A stretch of 64,000 bases of DNA from Arcobacteraceae bacterium (GTDB taxonomy: Bacteria > Campylobacterota > Campylobacteria > Campylobacterales > Arcobacteraceae): positions 1,312,001 to 1,376,000 of the forward strand of contig OY759974.1 in NCBI GenBank assembly GCA_963662945.1, read 5' to 3'. The notes under the pieces were generated by a model, which did no database searches, was not told where the DNA came from, and saw nothing but the letters and a program-made list of their open reading frames with translations. The translations under genes were made by a program, and so were the position numbers. Positions 53,463 through 63,223 of the stretch are shown here, piece by piece; positions within the stretch are counted from its first letter, which is position 1; the number at the start of each line of letters is the position of its first letter.

Positions 53463-54410
53463 ATGGATATAAAAAAAATTGCACAAGAAGTATTTGCAAT
53501 AGAAGCAGAAGAGATAGCTAATCTATCTACTCTTTTAACTGATGATTTTGAAAAAGCTATTACTGCTGTGTTTAATACTACAGGAAAGTTTATCATATCA
53601 GGAATGGGAAAATCTGGAATTATTGGGAAGAAAATTGCAGCTACACTTGCAAGTACAGGAACACCAAGTTTTTTTCTTCATCCTGGTGAAGCATATCATG
53701 GAGATCTTGGGATGATAGAAAAGGATGATATAGTTTTACTTATCTCAAATTCTGGAGAGACAGATGAAGTATTAAAACTTATTCCTTTTTTAAAGAATCA
53801 AGGGAATATAACAATTTCTATGAGTGGTAATCCACATTCTACACTAGCTCAAAATACTAATTATCATTTAAATGTAGCGGTAGAACATGAGGCATGCCCT
53901 TTACAACTAGCACCCACAAGTTCTACAACTGCAACTTTGGTAATGGGTGATGCTATTGCTGTTGCATTAATGAAATTGAGAGATTTTAAAGATGAACATT
54001 TTGCAAAATTTCATCCAGGTGGAAGTCTAGGACGAAGACTGTTAACAAAAATTGAAAATGTTATGAAAAAAGACAATCTACCTATTATTACAGAAAATAC
54101 AAATGTAAAAGAGATTATTCATACCATTACAAATGGTAAATGTGGGTTAGTTGTTATTATAGAAGATGATAAAATAGAGGGTATTATAACTGATGGAGAT
54201 ATCAGAAGAGTTATGGAAGAACAGGAAGAACGTTTTTTTAATTTAACCGCAAAAGATATTATGAGTAACTCACCAAAGCAGATAAATCAAGATGAGAAAC
54301 TAGTAGTTGCAAGTGAAATAATGAGTAGTTATAAAATTAATTCACTATTAGTAGTTGATAATAAAAATAAATTAGTTGGAATTGTGCAAATGTACGATTT
54401 AGGTTTATAA
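53463..54410 (+). CDS. kdsD: Arabinose-5-phosphate isomerase (KdsD/KpsF; SIS plus 2 CBS)
   Basis: GMGKSG, ASTGTPSFFLHP, HGDLG, APTSSTT, FHPGGSLG. Confidence 0.9.
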   Translation: MDIKKIAQEVFAIEAEEIANLSTLLTDDFEKAITAVFNTTGKFIISGMGKSGIIGKKIAATLASTGTPSFFLHPGEAYHGDLGMIEKDDIVLLISNSGETDEVLKLIPFLKNQGNITISMSGNPHSTLAQNTNYHLNVAVEHEACPLQLAPTSSTTATLVMGDAIAVALMKLRDFKDEHFAKFHPGGSLGRRLLTKIENVMKKDNLPIITENTNVKEIIHTITNGKCGLVVIIEDDKIEGIITDGDIRRVMEEQEERFFNLTAKDIMSNSPKQINQDEKLVVASEIMSSYKINSLLVVDNKNKLVGIVQMYDLGL

Positions 54411-54421
54411 GAGGAAAATAA

Positions 54422-54991
54422 ATGATTTTAATGATTGATAACTATGATAGTTTTACATACAATATAGTTCAATATTGTTTAGAACTAGGTGCGGATTTAA
54501 AAGTTATTAGAAATGATGAATTAACCATTGAAGAGATAAAAGAGTTACATCCAGAAAAGATTATACTTTCTCCTGGTCCTGCAACACCTGATGATGCAGG
54601 AATTACATTAGATGTTATAAAAGCGTTTGGGGATACTACACCAATACTTGGCATTTGTCTTGGGCATCAAAGTATTGCACAGGCATTTGGAGGCGAAGTA
54701 ATAAAAGCACCAAAAATGATGCATGGTAAAACTTCACAAATTGAGATTCTAGAAGATGATGTTATTTTTAAAAATTTACCAAAAGTTATTACTGAAACAA
54801 GATATCATTCTTTAACGGTCAATAAAGAAAACTTACCAGAAAATATAATTGTAACTTCAAAATCTTTAGATGATCAAGAGATAATGTCTCTTAAAATAAA
54901 AGATAAAAATATTTATGGAGTTCAATTTCATCCAGAATCTGTGATGAGTGAATACGGACATGAAATGTTGGATAATTTTCTTAAACTTTAA
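54422..54991 (+). CDS. pabA: Glutamine amidotransferase, PabA/TrpG type
   Basis: IDNYDSFTYN, LSPGP, GICLGHQ, RYHSL, QFHPES. Confidence 0.85.
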   Translation: MILMIDNYDSFTYNIVQYCLELGADLKVIRNDELTIEEIKELHPEKIILSPGPATPDDAGITLDVIKAFGDTTPILGICLGHQSIAQAFGGEVIKAPKMMHGKTSQIEILEDDVIFKNLPKVITETRYHSLTVNKENLPENIIVTSKSLDDQEIMSLKIKDKNIYGVQFHPESVMSEYGHEMLDNFLKL

Positions 54992-55000
54992 AGGAAAATT

Positions 55001-56188
55001 GTGATTTTAAATAGATACAATTGGATTTTTATACTGCTACTCACTTTTCATACAGTAGTTTTATTGTATCTAACAAATGAATTTAGTATATCCTATAAAG
55101 AAGCGGATATTTTTTTTAATGGGGATATTTCACTCTTAACTTTATTGACAAATTTTTCTACGCATATTTTTGGACAAAATGATTTTGCATTGCGTATTCC
55201 ATTTATTTTATCTTATATAGGAAGTGCAATTCTTTTGTATATTATGACAAAAGATTTTTTTAAAACAGAGTTTCAAAGGCTTGTATCAGTTGCTATTTTT
55301 ATGCTTTTACCAGGGATAAATAGTGCGGCACTATTAGTCAATGAATCGATAATTGTTGTTTTTCTTACGTTACTTTATTTAACAATATATAAATACAAAA
55401 AAAGACATTGTTATGTACTTTTAATACTTTTTTTATTTGTTGATAATTCTTTTTCAATATTATTTTTAGGGTTGTTTTTTTATTCATTGGCAAAAAAAGA
55501 TAATAAACTATTGGTTGTTTCTCTTGTTTTATTTGGTATGTCTATGTCCTATTTTGGATTTGATGTAACGGGTAAACCCAAAAGTTATCTTTTAGATACA
55601 TTTGCTATATATGCAAGTATATTTTCTCCAATTCTCTTTTTATACTTTTTTTATACGATATATAGGATTGGAATTAAACAAGAAAAAGAGATTGTATGGT
55701 ACATTTCGGCAACTGCTTTGGGATTATCATTGATTTTTTCATTACGACAACATATTAAAATAGAAGATTTTGCTCCTTTTGTGGTAATAGCAATACCATT
55801 AATGGTTAAATTATTTAGTCACAGTTTAAATGTAAGATTAAAAGAGTTTAGAAAGTGGCATAATTATTTATTACGTTTAACTATTGGAATTTTAATTTTG
55901 AGTTTTTTGACTCTAGTGTTCAATAAATATATTTATGTTTTTTTAGAAAAATCAAATAGACATTTTACTTATAGATATCATATTGCAAAAGAACTATCAA
56001 ATGAATTGAAAAAAAGAGGTATTCATGCTATATATACTTCTGATTCTAAACTTGCATTGAGACTTAAATTTTATGGTATTGAGAGTTCTAAAAAATATTA
56101 TATAAGTACAAGGTTAATTAATAATAACTATAAGGTAATAGATATAGTATATTTTGATAGGATAGTAAAAAGATATTATTTATATTAA
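55001..56188 (+). CDS. Polytopic membrane protein, GT-C (ArnT/PMT-like) glycosyltransferase
   Basis: FGQNDFALRIPF motif and about 10 TMs. Confidence 0.65.
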   Translation: MILNRYNWIFILLLTFHTVVLLYLTNEFSISYKEADIFFNGDISLLTLLTNFSTHIFGQNDFALRIPFILSYIGSAILLYIMTKDFFKTEFQRLVSVAIFMLLPGINSAALLVNESIIVVFLTLLYLTIYKYKKRHCYVLLILFLFVDNSFSILFLGLFFYSLAKKDNKLLVVSLVLFGMSMSYFGFDVTGKPKSYLLDTFAIYASIFSPILFLYFFYTIYRIGIKQEKEIVWYISATALGLSLIFSLRQHIKIEDFAPFVVIAIPLMVKLFSHSLNVRLKEFRKWHNYLLRLTIGILILSFLTLVFNKYIYVFLEKSNRHFTYRYHIAKELSNELKKRGIHAIYTSDSKLALRLKFYGIESSKKYYISTRLINNNYKVIDIVYFDRIVKRYYLY

Positions 56189-56235
56189 ATGAAAAAGGCA
56201 ATAGTGTTACTAAATTAAACATAATTTATATTCAA

Positions 56236-56292
56236 AATGTTAAAAGTGTTACTTTTTGCTAACTTTTAACATTGAGTTGTTAAGATTATAAT
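56236..56292 (+). promoter_or_regulatory. aclBA promoter with dyad operator candidate
   Basis: AATGTTAAAAGT-N14-ACTTTTAACATT then TATAAT at 56287. Confidence 0.55.
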
Positions 56293-56317
56293 ATTAAAAT
56301 TCTTATAAGGGGAAAGT

Positions 56318-57649
56318 ATGGCACAAAAAGCAATACGAGAATATGATGGAAAAGCATTGTTTTCTAAACAATGGGAAAATTATTTTAGTGGATTCCATTA
56401 TGGTTTTAAATCTGTACTAGTTACAAGTGGTGCAGAATTACTAGAGATATCTAAAAAACATGGATTTGAATGGCTAAAACAAGAACCATTAGTTGCAAAA
56501 CCAGATATGCTATTTGGTAAAAGAGGAAAAAACGACTTAGTATTATTTAAAACAAATAAACCAGGTGATGTTACATTAGAAGAAGCAGCACATTGGATAG
56601 ATTCTAAAATGGTACATAATACAACTCTTTTATCTGGACAAAGTGGAGTATTAACACACTTTATTGTTGAACCATTTACACCACATACTCAAGATCAAGA
56701 GTATTATATTTCTGCAACAACTGTAGGTGAAGATGATGTATTATATATGTCAGCTGAAGGTGGTATGGAAGTAGAAGAGGGATGGGATGAAAAAGTTACT
56801 GAAGTAGCAATACCTATAACTATGAGTGATGCAGATATGGAACATGCAGTAAAAGCTAATATTCCTGCTGATATTCCAGAAAAAGATAAAAGTAAATTTG
56901 CAGCATTTGCAATTCAATTTTTTAAATTTTATAGAGATATGAATTTTGCATATTTAGAAATTAATCCAATAGTTATGCTTGATAATAATGATATGGCAAT
57001 TCTTGATTTAGTTGCAAGACTTGATGATACAGCTGGATTTATGATGAGAGATACATGGGGAGATATTGAATACCCTACAGCTTTTGGTATGGAAGATCAA
57101 TCTCCTGAAGAAAAAGCTATCGCTGATGCTGATAGTAAATCAGGTGCATCGTTAAAACTAACTGTTCTTAATCCAATGGGAAGAATTTGGACAATGGTTG
57201 CTGGTGGTGGTGCATCAGTTGTGTATGCAGATACTATTGCAGATTTTGCAGAAGCAAATGGTGGAAGTGTAAAAGATCTTGCAAACTATGGTGAGTATTC
57301 AGGTGGTCCAACAACAGGTGAAACAAAATTTTATGCTGATACTGTTATTGATCTTATGACAAGACATAAAGATCCAAAAGGTAGAGATAAAATTTTAATT
57401 ATTGGTGGAGCGATTGCTAACTTTACAGATGTTGCAAAAACATTTACAGGTATTATTCAATCATTTGAAACAAATGCAGAAAAAATGAAAGCACATAATA
57501 CAAAGATATATGTAAGAAGAGGTGGACCAAACTATGAAAAAGGTCTTAAAGATATCAAAGAAGCAGCAGATAGATTAGGGTTATACATAGAAGTATATGG
57601 ACCTGAAACACATGTTACAGATATTGTTAGAATGGCATTAGAGAAGTAG
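56318..57649 (+). CDS. aclB: ATP citrate lyase beta subunit
   Basis: AQKAIREYDGK, KPDMLFGKRGK, LEINP, MVAGGGASVVYAD, NYGEYSG, VRRGGPNY. Confidence 0.93.
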   Translation: MAQKAIREYDGKALFSKQWENYFSGFHYGFKSVLVTSGAELLEISKKHGFEWLKQEPLVAKPDMLFGKRGKNDLVLFKTNKPGDVTLEEAAHWIDSKMVHNTTLLSGQSGVLTHFIVEPFTPHTQDQEYYISATTVGEDDVLYMSAEGGMEVEEGWDEKVTEVAIPITMSDADMEHAVKANIPADIPEKDKSKFAAFAIQFFKFYRDMNFAYLEINPIVMLDNNDMAILDLVARLDDTAGFMMRDTWGDIEYPTAFGMEDQSPEEKAIADADSKSGASLKLTVLNPMGRIWTMVAGGGASVVYADTIADFAEANGGSVKDLANYGEYSGGPTTGETKFYADTVIDLMTRHKDPKGRDKILIIGGAIANFTDVAKTFTGIIQSFETNAEKMKAHNTKIYVRRGGPNYEKGLKDIKEAADRLGLYIEVYGPETHVTDIVRMALEK

Positions 57650-57658
57650 GGAGCAACA

Positions 57659-59473
57659 ATGGCACAATTATATACTAAAGATACACAAGCAATTTTTTGG
57701 AATAATAATAAATCAGCAATTCAAAGAATGCTAGATTATGATTATACAATTAAAAGAGAAACACCATCTGTTGCAGCTATAGTAGCACCAACAAGCTCTG
57801 GAAAATTTGATAAATTTTTCTATGGTCCAGATGAGATTATGATTCCATTATTCAAAAATACAGCAGATGCGAAAGAAGCACATCCTAATGCAGATGTATT
57901 ATTAAACTTTGCATCATTTAGAACTGCTTATGATGTTACAATGGAAGCATTAGAGATCGGTGGATTTAGTTCAATTATGGTTACAGCTGAGGGGATTCCT
58001 GAAAGACTTGCTAGAAAAATGAATCAAGCAGCAAGAGATAAAAATGTAATTGTAATTGGACCTGCAACTGTTGGTGGGATTAGCCCAGGTGCATTTAAAA
58101 TTGCAAATGTTGGTGGTACAATCGAAAACATTGTAAACTCAAAATTACATAGATGTGGTTCTTGTGGACTTGTAACAAGATCAGGTGGATTATTCAATGA
58201 GTTATCAAATATCATTGCATTAAATGCAGATGGTATTGCTGAGGGTGTTGCAATTGGTGGAGATAGATTTGTTGGATCTGTATTTATTGATAATATGCTA
58301 AGAATGGAAGATAATCCAGATGTAAAGTATATGGTACTTTTAGGTGAAGTTGGTGGAACTGAAGAGTATAAAATTATTGAAGCTGTAAAAGCTGGTAAAA
58401 TTAAGAAACCAATTATTGCATGGTGTATAGGTACTATAGCTAAACATTTCTCTACTGGTGTTCAATTTGGTCATGCTGGTGCAAGTGCAAACGCAGAAGC
58501 AGAAACAGCAGCAGCAAAAAATAAAGCAATGGCAGAAGCAGGTATTTTTGTACCAGCATCGTTCAATGATTTACCAGACACAATTGCTGAAGTTTACAAT
58601 AAATTAAAAGCAGATGGAATTATTGGTGAAATTGCAGAGCCAGAAATGAATGTGTGTCCACAAGTACGAAAAGCAAAAGAGTTTATTTGTACAATATCTG
58701 ATGATAGAGGTGAAGAAGCTCATTACTGTGGATATCCTATATCTTCAGTTGCAACACCAGATACTGGATTTACAGTTGGTGATGTTATGTCAATTCTGTG
58801 GTTCAAAAAAAGATACCCAAGATGGGCTGTTGATTTCTTAGAAACAGTACTTAAAACAGTTGCAGATCATGGTCCAGCAGTTTCAGGTGCTCATAATGCG
58901 AAAGTAACTGCACGAGCTGGGAAAGATGTAATATCTTCTTTAATCGCTGGTTTACTTACAATTGGTCCAAGATTTGGTGGAGCTATTGATGGTGCTGCTA
59001 AATACTTTAAATATGCAGGAGATAATAATTTAACTCCAGCAGAGTTTTTAACATATATGAAAAATCAAGGTGTTCCAATTCCAGGTATTGGTCACAGAAT
59101 TAAGTCTCTTAAAAATCCAGATTTAAGAGTTGAGGGATTAAAGAAGTTTGCAAAAGCAAACTTCCCAAGTACTCCATTACTTGATTATGCATTAACTGTT
59201 GAGCAATTAACAACATCTAAAAAAGAGAACTTAATTCTTAATGTTGATGGTACAATTGGTATTTTAATGGTTGATATGTGGAGAGCTTTAGGATATGAAG
59301 ATGATGAAATCGATGTATTTATTGAAGCAGGAGCTTTAAATGCATTCTTTATCCTTGGAAGAAGTATAGGGTTTATTGGTCATATTCTTGATGAAAAACG
59401 ACTTGCTATGCCTATGTACAGACATCCTATGACTGACATTCTTTATGATGTTAAAAAAGCGCCAGAGCTTTAA
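57659..59473 (+). CDS. aclA: ATP citrate lyase alpha subunit
   Basis: QRMLDYDY, GPATVGG, QFGHAGA phospho-His, ADHGPAVSGAHN, PGIGHRIKS, LNVDG. Confidence 0.93.
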   Translation: MAQLYTKDTQAIFWNNNKSAIQRMLDYDYTIKRETPSVAAIVAPTSSGKFDKFFYGPDEIMIPLFKNTADAKEAHPNADVLLNFASFRTAYDVTMEALEIGGFSSIMVTAEGIPERLARKMNQAARDKNVIVIGPATVGGISPGAFKIANVGGTIENIVNSKLHRCGSCGLVTRSGGLFNELSNIIALNADGIAEGVAIGGDRFVGSVFIDNMLRMEDNPDVKYMVLLGEVGGTEEYKIIEAVKAGKIKKPIIAWCIGTIAKHFSTGVQFGHAGASANAEAETAAAKNKAMAEAGIFVPASFNDLPDTIAEVYNKLKADGIIGEIAEPEMNVCPQVRKAKEFICTISDDRGEEAHYCGYPISSVATPDTGFTVGDVMSILWFKKRYPRWAVDFLETVLKTVADHGPAVSGAHNAKVTARAGKDVISSLIAGLLTIGPRFGGAIDGAAKYFKYAGDNNLTPAEFLTYMKNQGVPIPGIGHRIKSLKNPDLRVEGLKKFAKANFPSTPLLDYALTVEQLTTSKKENLILNVDGTIGILMVDMWRALGYEDDEIDVFIEAGALNAFFILGRSIGFIGHILDEKRLAMPMYRHPMTDILYDVKKAPEL

Positions 59474-59492
59474 TATTTTGTCAATTACAAAC

Positions 59493-59525
59493 AAAAGCCA
59501 TCTCAGTTTTGAGGTGGCTTTTTTT
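59493..59525 (+). terminator. Intrinsic terminator after aclA
   Basis: AAAAGCCATCTCA-GTTT-TGAGGTGGCTTTT plus T-run. Confidence 0.85.
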
Positions 59526-59527
59526 AT

Positions 59528-60136
59528 ATGAAAAAAAGTTTCTCAATTTTAGAAACTATTGTAGTTATATCGCTGATTACAGTGATATTAACAGTAGCTA
59601 TTCCAAAACAAAAAATTTCAAAATTACAATTAGCAAGTGATAAGTTATTGATATATCTTAATTTTACACGATATATTGCAATGATAGATGATAAATACAG
59701 TGTTGATGATGTAGAGTGGGAAAAGAAAAGATGGACACTAAAATTTCAAAAATGCTCAAATGCAGAAGATGGATTATATTTTGTTGTTTATAGTGATACA
59801 AGTGGAGGTACAGCACATTTTAAAAAAGAAGAAACACTTAAAGATCCTCTGAATAATAAATATCTCTATAGTGGATATGATTGTATACCTAGTGCAAATG
59901 AATCTTCTGACATATTATTAACTAAACAATATGGAATAACCGATGTTGATATAAGCTGTAATACAACATCAACAATAGGACAAATTAGTTTTGGAAATGA
60001 TGGGAAAATTTATTCACAATTAGGAACTAATATTCAAATGATTACTCAACCTTGTAGTATAAAACTTACAGATAACAAAAATAATATAAGTACAATAATT
60101 CTGGAGCCAAATACTGGTTATATACATAAGCAATAA
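59528..60136 (+). CDS. Prepilin-type N-terminal cleavage domain protein (pseudopilin-like)
   Basis: MKKS|FSILE followed by a hydrophobic helix. Confidence 0.75.
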   Translation: MKKSFSILETIVVISLITVILTVAIPKQKISKLQLASDKLLIYLNFTRYIAMIDDKYSVDDVEWEKKRWTLKFQKCSNAEDGLYFVVYSDTSGGTAHFKKEETLKDPLNNKYLYSGYDCIPSANESSDILLTKQYGITDVDISCNTTSTIGQISFGNDGKIYSQLGTNIQMITQPCSIKLTDNKNNISTIILEPNTGYIHKQ

Positions 60137-60182
60137 TTTGATATAATCGCTCTAATATACTAAAAAATAAGGTTACTTAAAT

Positions 60183-61322
60183 ATGCAATTTGAACAATAT
60201 CCTTTTGAAAAATTAGCACTTTTGCTTGATGGTTTAAAAGGAAATGAAAAATATGAACCAAGTAGTTTAACTATTGGTGAACCTCAGTTTAATACACCAC
60301 AATTTATACAAGATGAACTTGCTCATAGTGCTATTTTATTAAATAAATACCCAAAAAGTTCAGGTGAAGATTATTTAAAAGATGCCATGATAAACTTTAT
60401 ATCAAAACGATTTAATGTTTCAATATCTTATGATGAGATTATCCCAACTTTTGGAACGAGAGAAGTTTTATTTAATTTTCCTCAATTTGCATTGTTTGAT
60501 AAACAAAATCCAACAATAGCTTTCCCTAATCCCTTTTATCAAATATATGAAGGTGCTGCAATAGCTAGTAGGGCAAATGTAATCCATATGGATATGACGA
60601 AAGAAAATAACTTTTTAGTGGATTTAACAGAAGAGCAATTACAAAAAAGTGATTTAGTAATTTTAAATTATCCAAATAATCCAACAAGTGCAACAATAAC
60701 AGAAGATGAATTAGTAAAATGGGTTAAAAGAGCTTTAGAATATGATTTTATCCTTATAAATGATGAATGTTACAGTGAGTTGTATTTTGATGAAGATAAA
60801 AAGCCTTTATCATTACTAGAAGCTTGTAAAATAGCGGGAAATGATAGCTTTAAAAATTGTTTAGTATTAAATTCTATTTCTAAAAGAAGTAGTGCACCTG
60901 GCTTACGAAGTGGTTTTATTGCTGGAGATAAAGAGATTCTAAAAGAGTATTTAAAGTATAGAACATATGTAGGTTGTGCATTGCCTTTACCTTTACAAAA
61001 AACTGCAGCAATTGCTTGGAATGATGAAATTCATGTTAAAGAATTTAGAGCTAAATATAGAGAAAATTTTGAAATTGCAAGTGAGATTTTAGGTATTAAA
61101 GCACCAGAAGCAACATTTTATATTTGGTTAGAAGTTGATGATGAGTTACAATTTACAAAAGAGTTATATGAATCTAAAAATATTAAAGTTTTACCAGGGA
61201 GTTTTCTTGGTAGAAATGGAATTGGAAAAGATTTTGTACGAATTGCTTTAGTGGAAAGTCCAGAAAAAACAAGAGAAGTGATGAATAGACTAAAAGAATT
61301 CATAACTTTATATAAAGCATAA
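60183..61322 (+). CDS. dapC: Succinyldiaminopimelate aminotransferase
   Basis: YPFEKL, LTIGEP, NPFYQIYEGAA, NDECYSE, SISKRSSAPGLRSG. Confidence 0.9.
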   Translation: MQFEQYPFEKLALLLDGLKGNEKYEPSSLTIGEPQFNTPQFIQDELAHSAILLNKYPKSSGEDYLKDAMINFISKRFNVSISYDEIIPTFGTREVLFNFPQFALFDKQNPTIAFPNPFYQIYEGAAIASRANVIHMDMTKENNFLVDLTEEQLQKSDLVILNYPNNPTSATITEDELVKWVKRALEYDFILINDECYSELYFDEDKKPLSLLEACKIAGNDSFKNCLVLNSISKRSSAPGLRSGFIAGDKEILKEYLKYRTYVGCALPLPLQKTAAIAWNDEIHVKEFRAKYRENFEIASEILGIKAPEATFYIWLEVDDELQFTKELYESKNIKVLPGSFLGRNGIGKDFVRIALVESPEKTREVMNRLKEFITLYKA

Positions 61323-61338
61323 TAAAGAGGATAAATAA

Positions 61339-61917
61339 ATGAATCAAGAAGAGTTACAGGAAGCTAGAGTAAATCCTGAGTTTTTAGCTTATTTAAAAGA
61401 AAAAGAGGATGAGGTAATAGAATCAAAAAGTATTTCTGGGCTTTATGAAGTTCTTGATACGCTTCTTGTTTTAGACTTAGATGAAGAGAGAATTCATAAA
61501 GTATATCAAGAGATATTAAAAGTAGCTTTTGACACTATTGAAGAGAGATTAAAAGATTCAACTAAGTTAAGTTTGGAAAATGATGATATTTATTTTATCA
61601 GAAGTTTTTATGAACATGCCATTGAAAAATGGAGTGTATTAAATTATGATGGCGCACGAGAGTTGTTTTTTATTTTAGGACAAATAATAGAAGATAAAAA
61701 ACTAAGAGAAGCAATGCAAATTCATCTAATAGCTGCTGCAAACAACAAAGATATGGATCAGTTTTATGAAGAAGATGTACATCATTTAGATACAGTTGAA
61801 AATGAAAAATACGGATATTTTATCCATGAGTTTACATTTGATGTGGAAGAGTATTTAAGTAAAAATGCTGACTTACTTGACGAACAATATAATCAATTAA
61901 AGCACCTATTAAACTAA
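61339..61917 (+). CDS. Acidic hypothetical protein
   Basis: 192-aa ORF with GAGG SD, coupled to murC. Confidence 0.7.
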   Translation: MNQEELQEARVNPEFLAYLKEKEDEVIESKSISGLYEVLDTLLVLDLDEERIHKVYQEILKVAFDTIEERLKDSTKLSLENDDIYFIRSFYEHAIEKWSVLNYDGARELFFILGQIIEDKKLREAMQIHLIAAANNKDMDQFYEEDVHHLDTVENEKYGYFIHEFTFDVEEYLSKNADLLDEQYNQLKHLLN

Positions 61918-63215
61918 TGAGAGTACATTTTATAGGAATAGGTGGGATTGGATTATCTGCACTTGCTAGATTTTTACAGTATAGAGGCTATACAGTAAGT
62001 GGTTCAGATGTGAAGTCGACACCAATAACACAAGAGTTAGAAAAAGAGGGAATTAAAGTTAATATTCCTCAATCAGCGGATGCTATAGATGGACAAGACT
62101 TGATTATTTATAGTGCAGCAGTACAAAATCACAATGTAGAGATACAAGAAGCAAAAAAACAAGAGTTATTGCTATTACCAAGAAAAGAAGCTTTAAGTGT
62201 TATTATGCAAAAAACTACAAATTATTGTGTATGTGCAGCTCATGGAAAATCAACAACAACAGCAATATTGAGTTCTATTTTACAAAGTTCAGCAATCATT
62301 GGAGCTATTAGTAAAGAGTTTGATTCAAACTTTAGATATATTGATGAGGTTTTAGCTTTTGAAGCTGATGAGAGTGATGAGAGCTTTATCCTTTCACATC
62401 CTTACTGTTCAATTGTTATCAACACAGAACCTGAACATATGGAATATTATAACTATGATGAGAAAAGATTCTATGCAGCTTATGAAAAATTTATAGATAT
62501 AGCAAAATTAAGAGTTATAAATGCTGAAGATCCTTTTTTAGCAAATTATAAAGGGTATGCAATCAAATTGTATCCATCAAAAGATATAAAGCATATAGAG
62601 TTTATTTTAAAAGATGATGAACCATATACCAAGTTTGCTTTAAAAGATTATGGTTTCTTTGAAGTATGGGGCTTTGGTGTACATATTGCAATAGATGCTT
62701 CATGTGCTATTCTTGCTGCAAGTGCATCGATGAATATTGAAGATATAAGAGCTAATTTATCCAAATATAAAGGGATCAAAAAGAGATTTGATATTATACA
62801 AAAAGAAGAAAACTTTGTATTAATAGATGATTATGCACATCATCCTACAGAAATAGTAGCAACACTAGAATCTGTAAAAGTTTATAAAAAACAAAAAGGT
62901 TTAGAATACACAACAGTAATATGGCAACCTCATAAATACAGTAGAACAATTGATAATCTTGAATATTTTAAAACTTGTTTTAAAGGGTGTGATAAACTTA
63001 TTATTCTTCCTGTTTGGTCTGTAGCTGAAGAGATAAAAAACATTGACTTTGCAAAAGAGTTTCAAGCATATAACACAATCTTAGCAGATAAAATCAGTGT
63101 AACATCAGGTAAAATAGAGTTAATTAAAGAAGATGAGGTTTTTCATACAATTGATAATGGAATGGTTGTAGGTGTAGGTGCAGGAGATATAACTTACCAA
63201 TTAAGAGGAAAGTAG
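61917..63215 (+). CDS. murC: UDP-N-acetylmuramate--L-alanine ligase
   Basis: HFIGIGGIGLS, HGKSTTT, EADESD, DDYAHHPTEI, QPHKYSRT, GAGDI. Confidence 0.95.
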   Translation: MRVHFIGIGGIGLSALARFLQYRGYTVSGSDVKSTPITQELEKEGIKVNIPQSADAIDGQDLIIYSAAVQNHNVEIQEAKKQELLLLPRKEALSVIMQKTTNYCVCAAHGKSTTTAILSSILQSSAIIGAISKEFDSNFRYIDEVLAFEADESDESFILSHPYCSIVINTEPEHMEYYNYDEKRFYAAYEKFIDIAKLRVINAEDPFLANYKGYAIKLYPSKDIKHIEFILKDDEPYTKFALKDYGFFEVWGFGVHIAIDASCAILAASASMNIEDIRANLSKYKGIKKRFDIIQKEENFVLIDDYAHHPTEIVATLESVKVYKKQKGLEYTTVIWQPHKYSRTIDNLEYFKTCFKGCDKLIILPVWSVAEEIKNIDFAKEFQAYNTILADKISVTSGKIELIKEDEVFHTIDNGMVVGVGAGDITYQLRGK

Positions 63216-63223
63216 GGGAAAAT

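Noticed and set aside
62221-62260. murC P-loop variant AAHGKSTT as a sign of a pseudogene
   Set aside because: A single Gly-to-Ala change outside the GKS/T core; the ORF is otherwise intact
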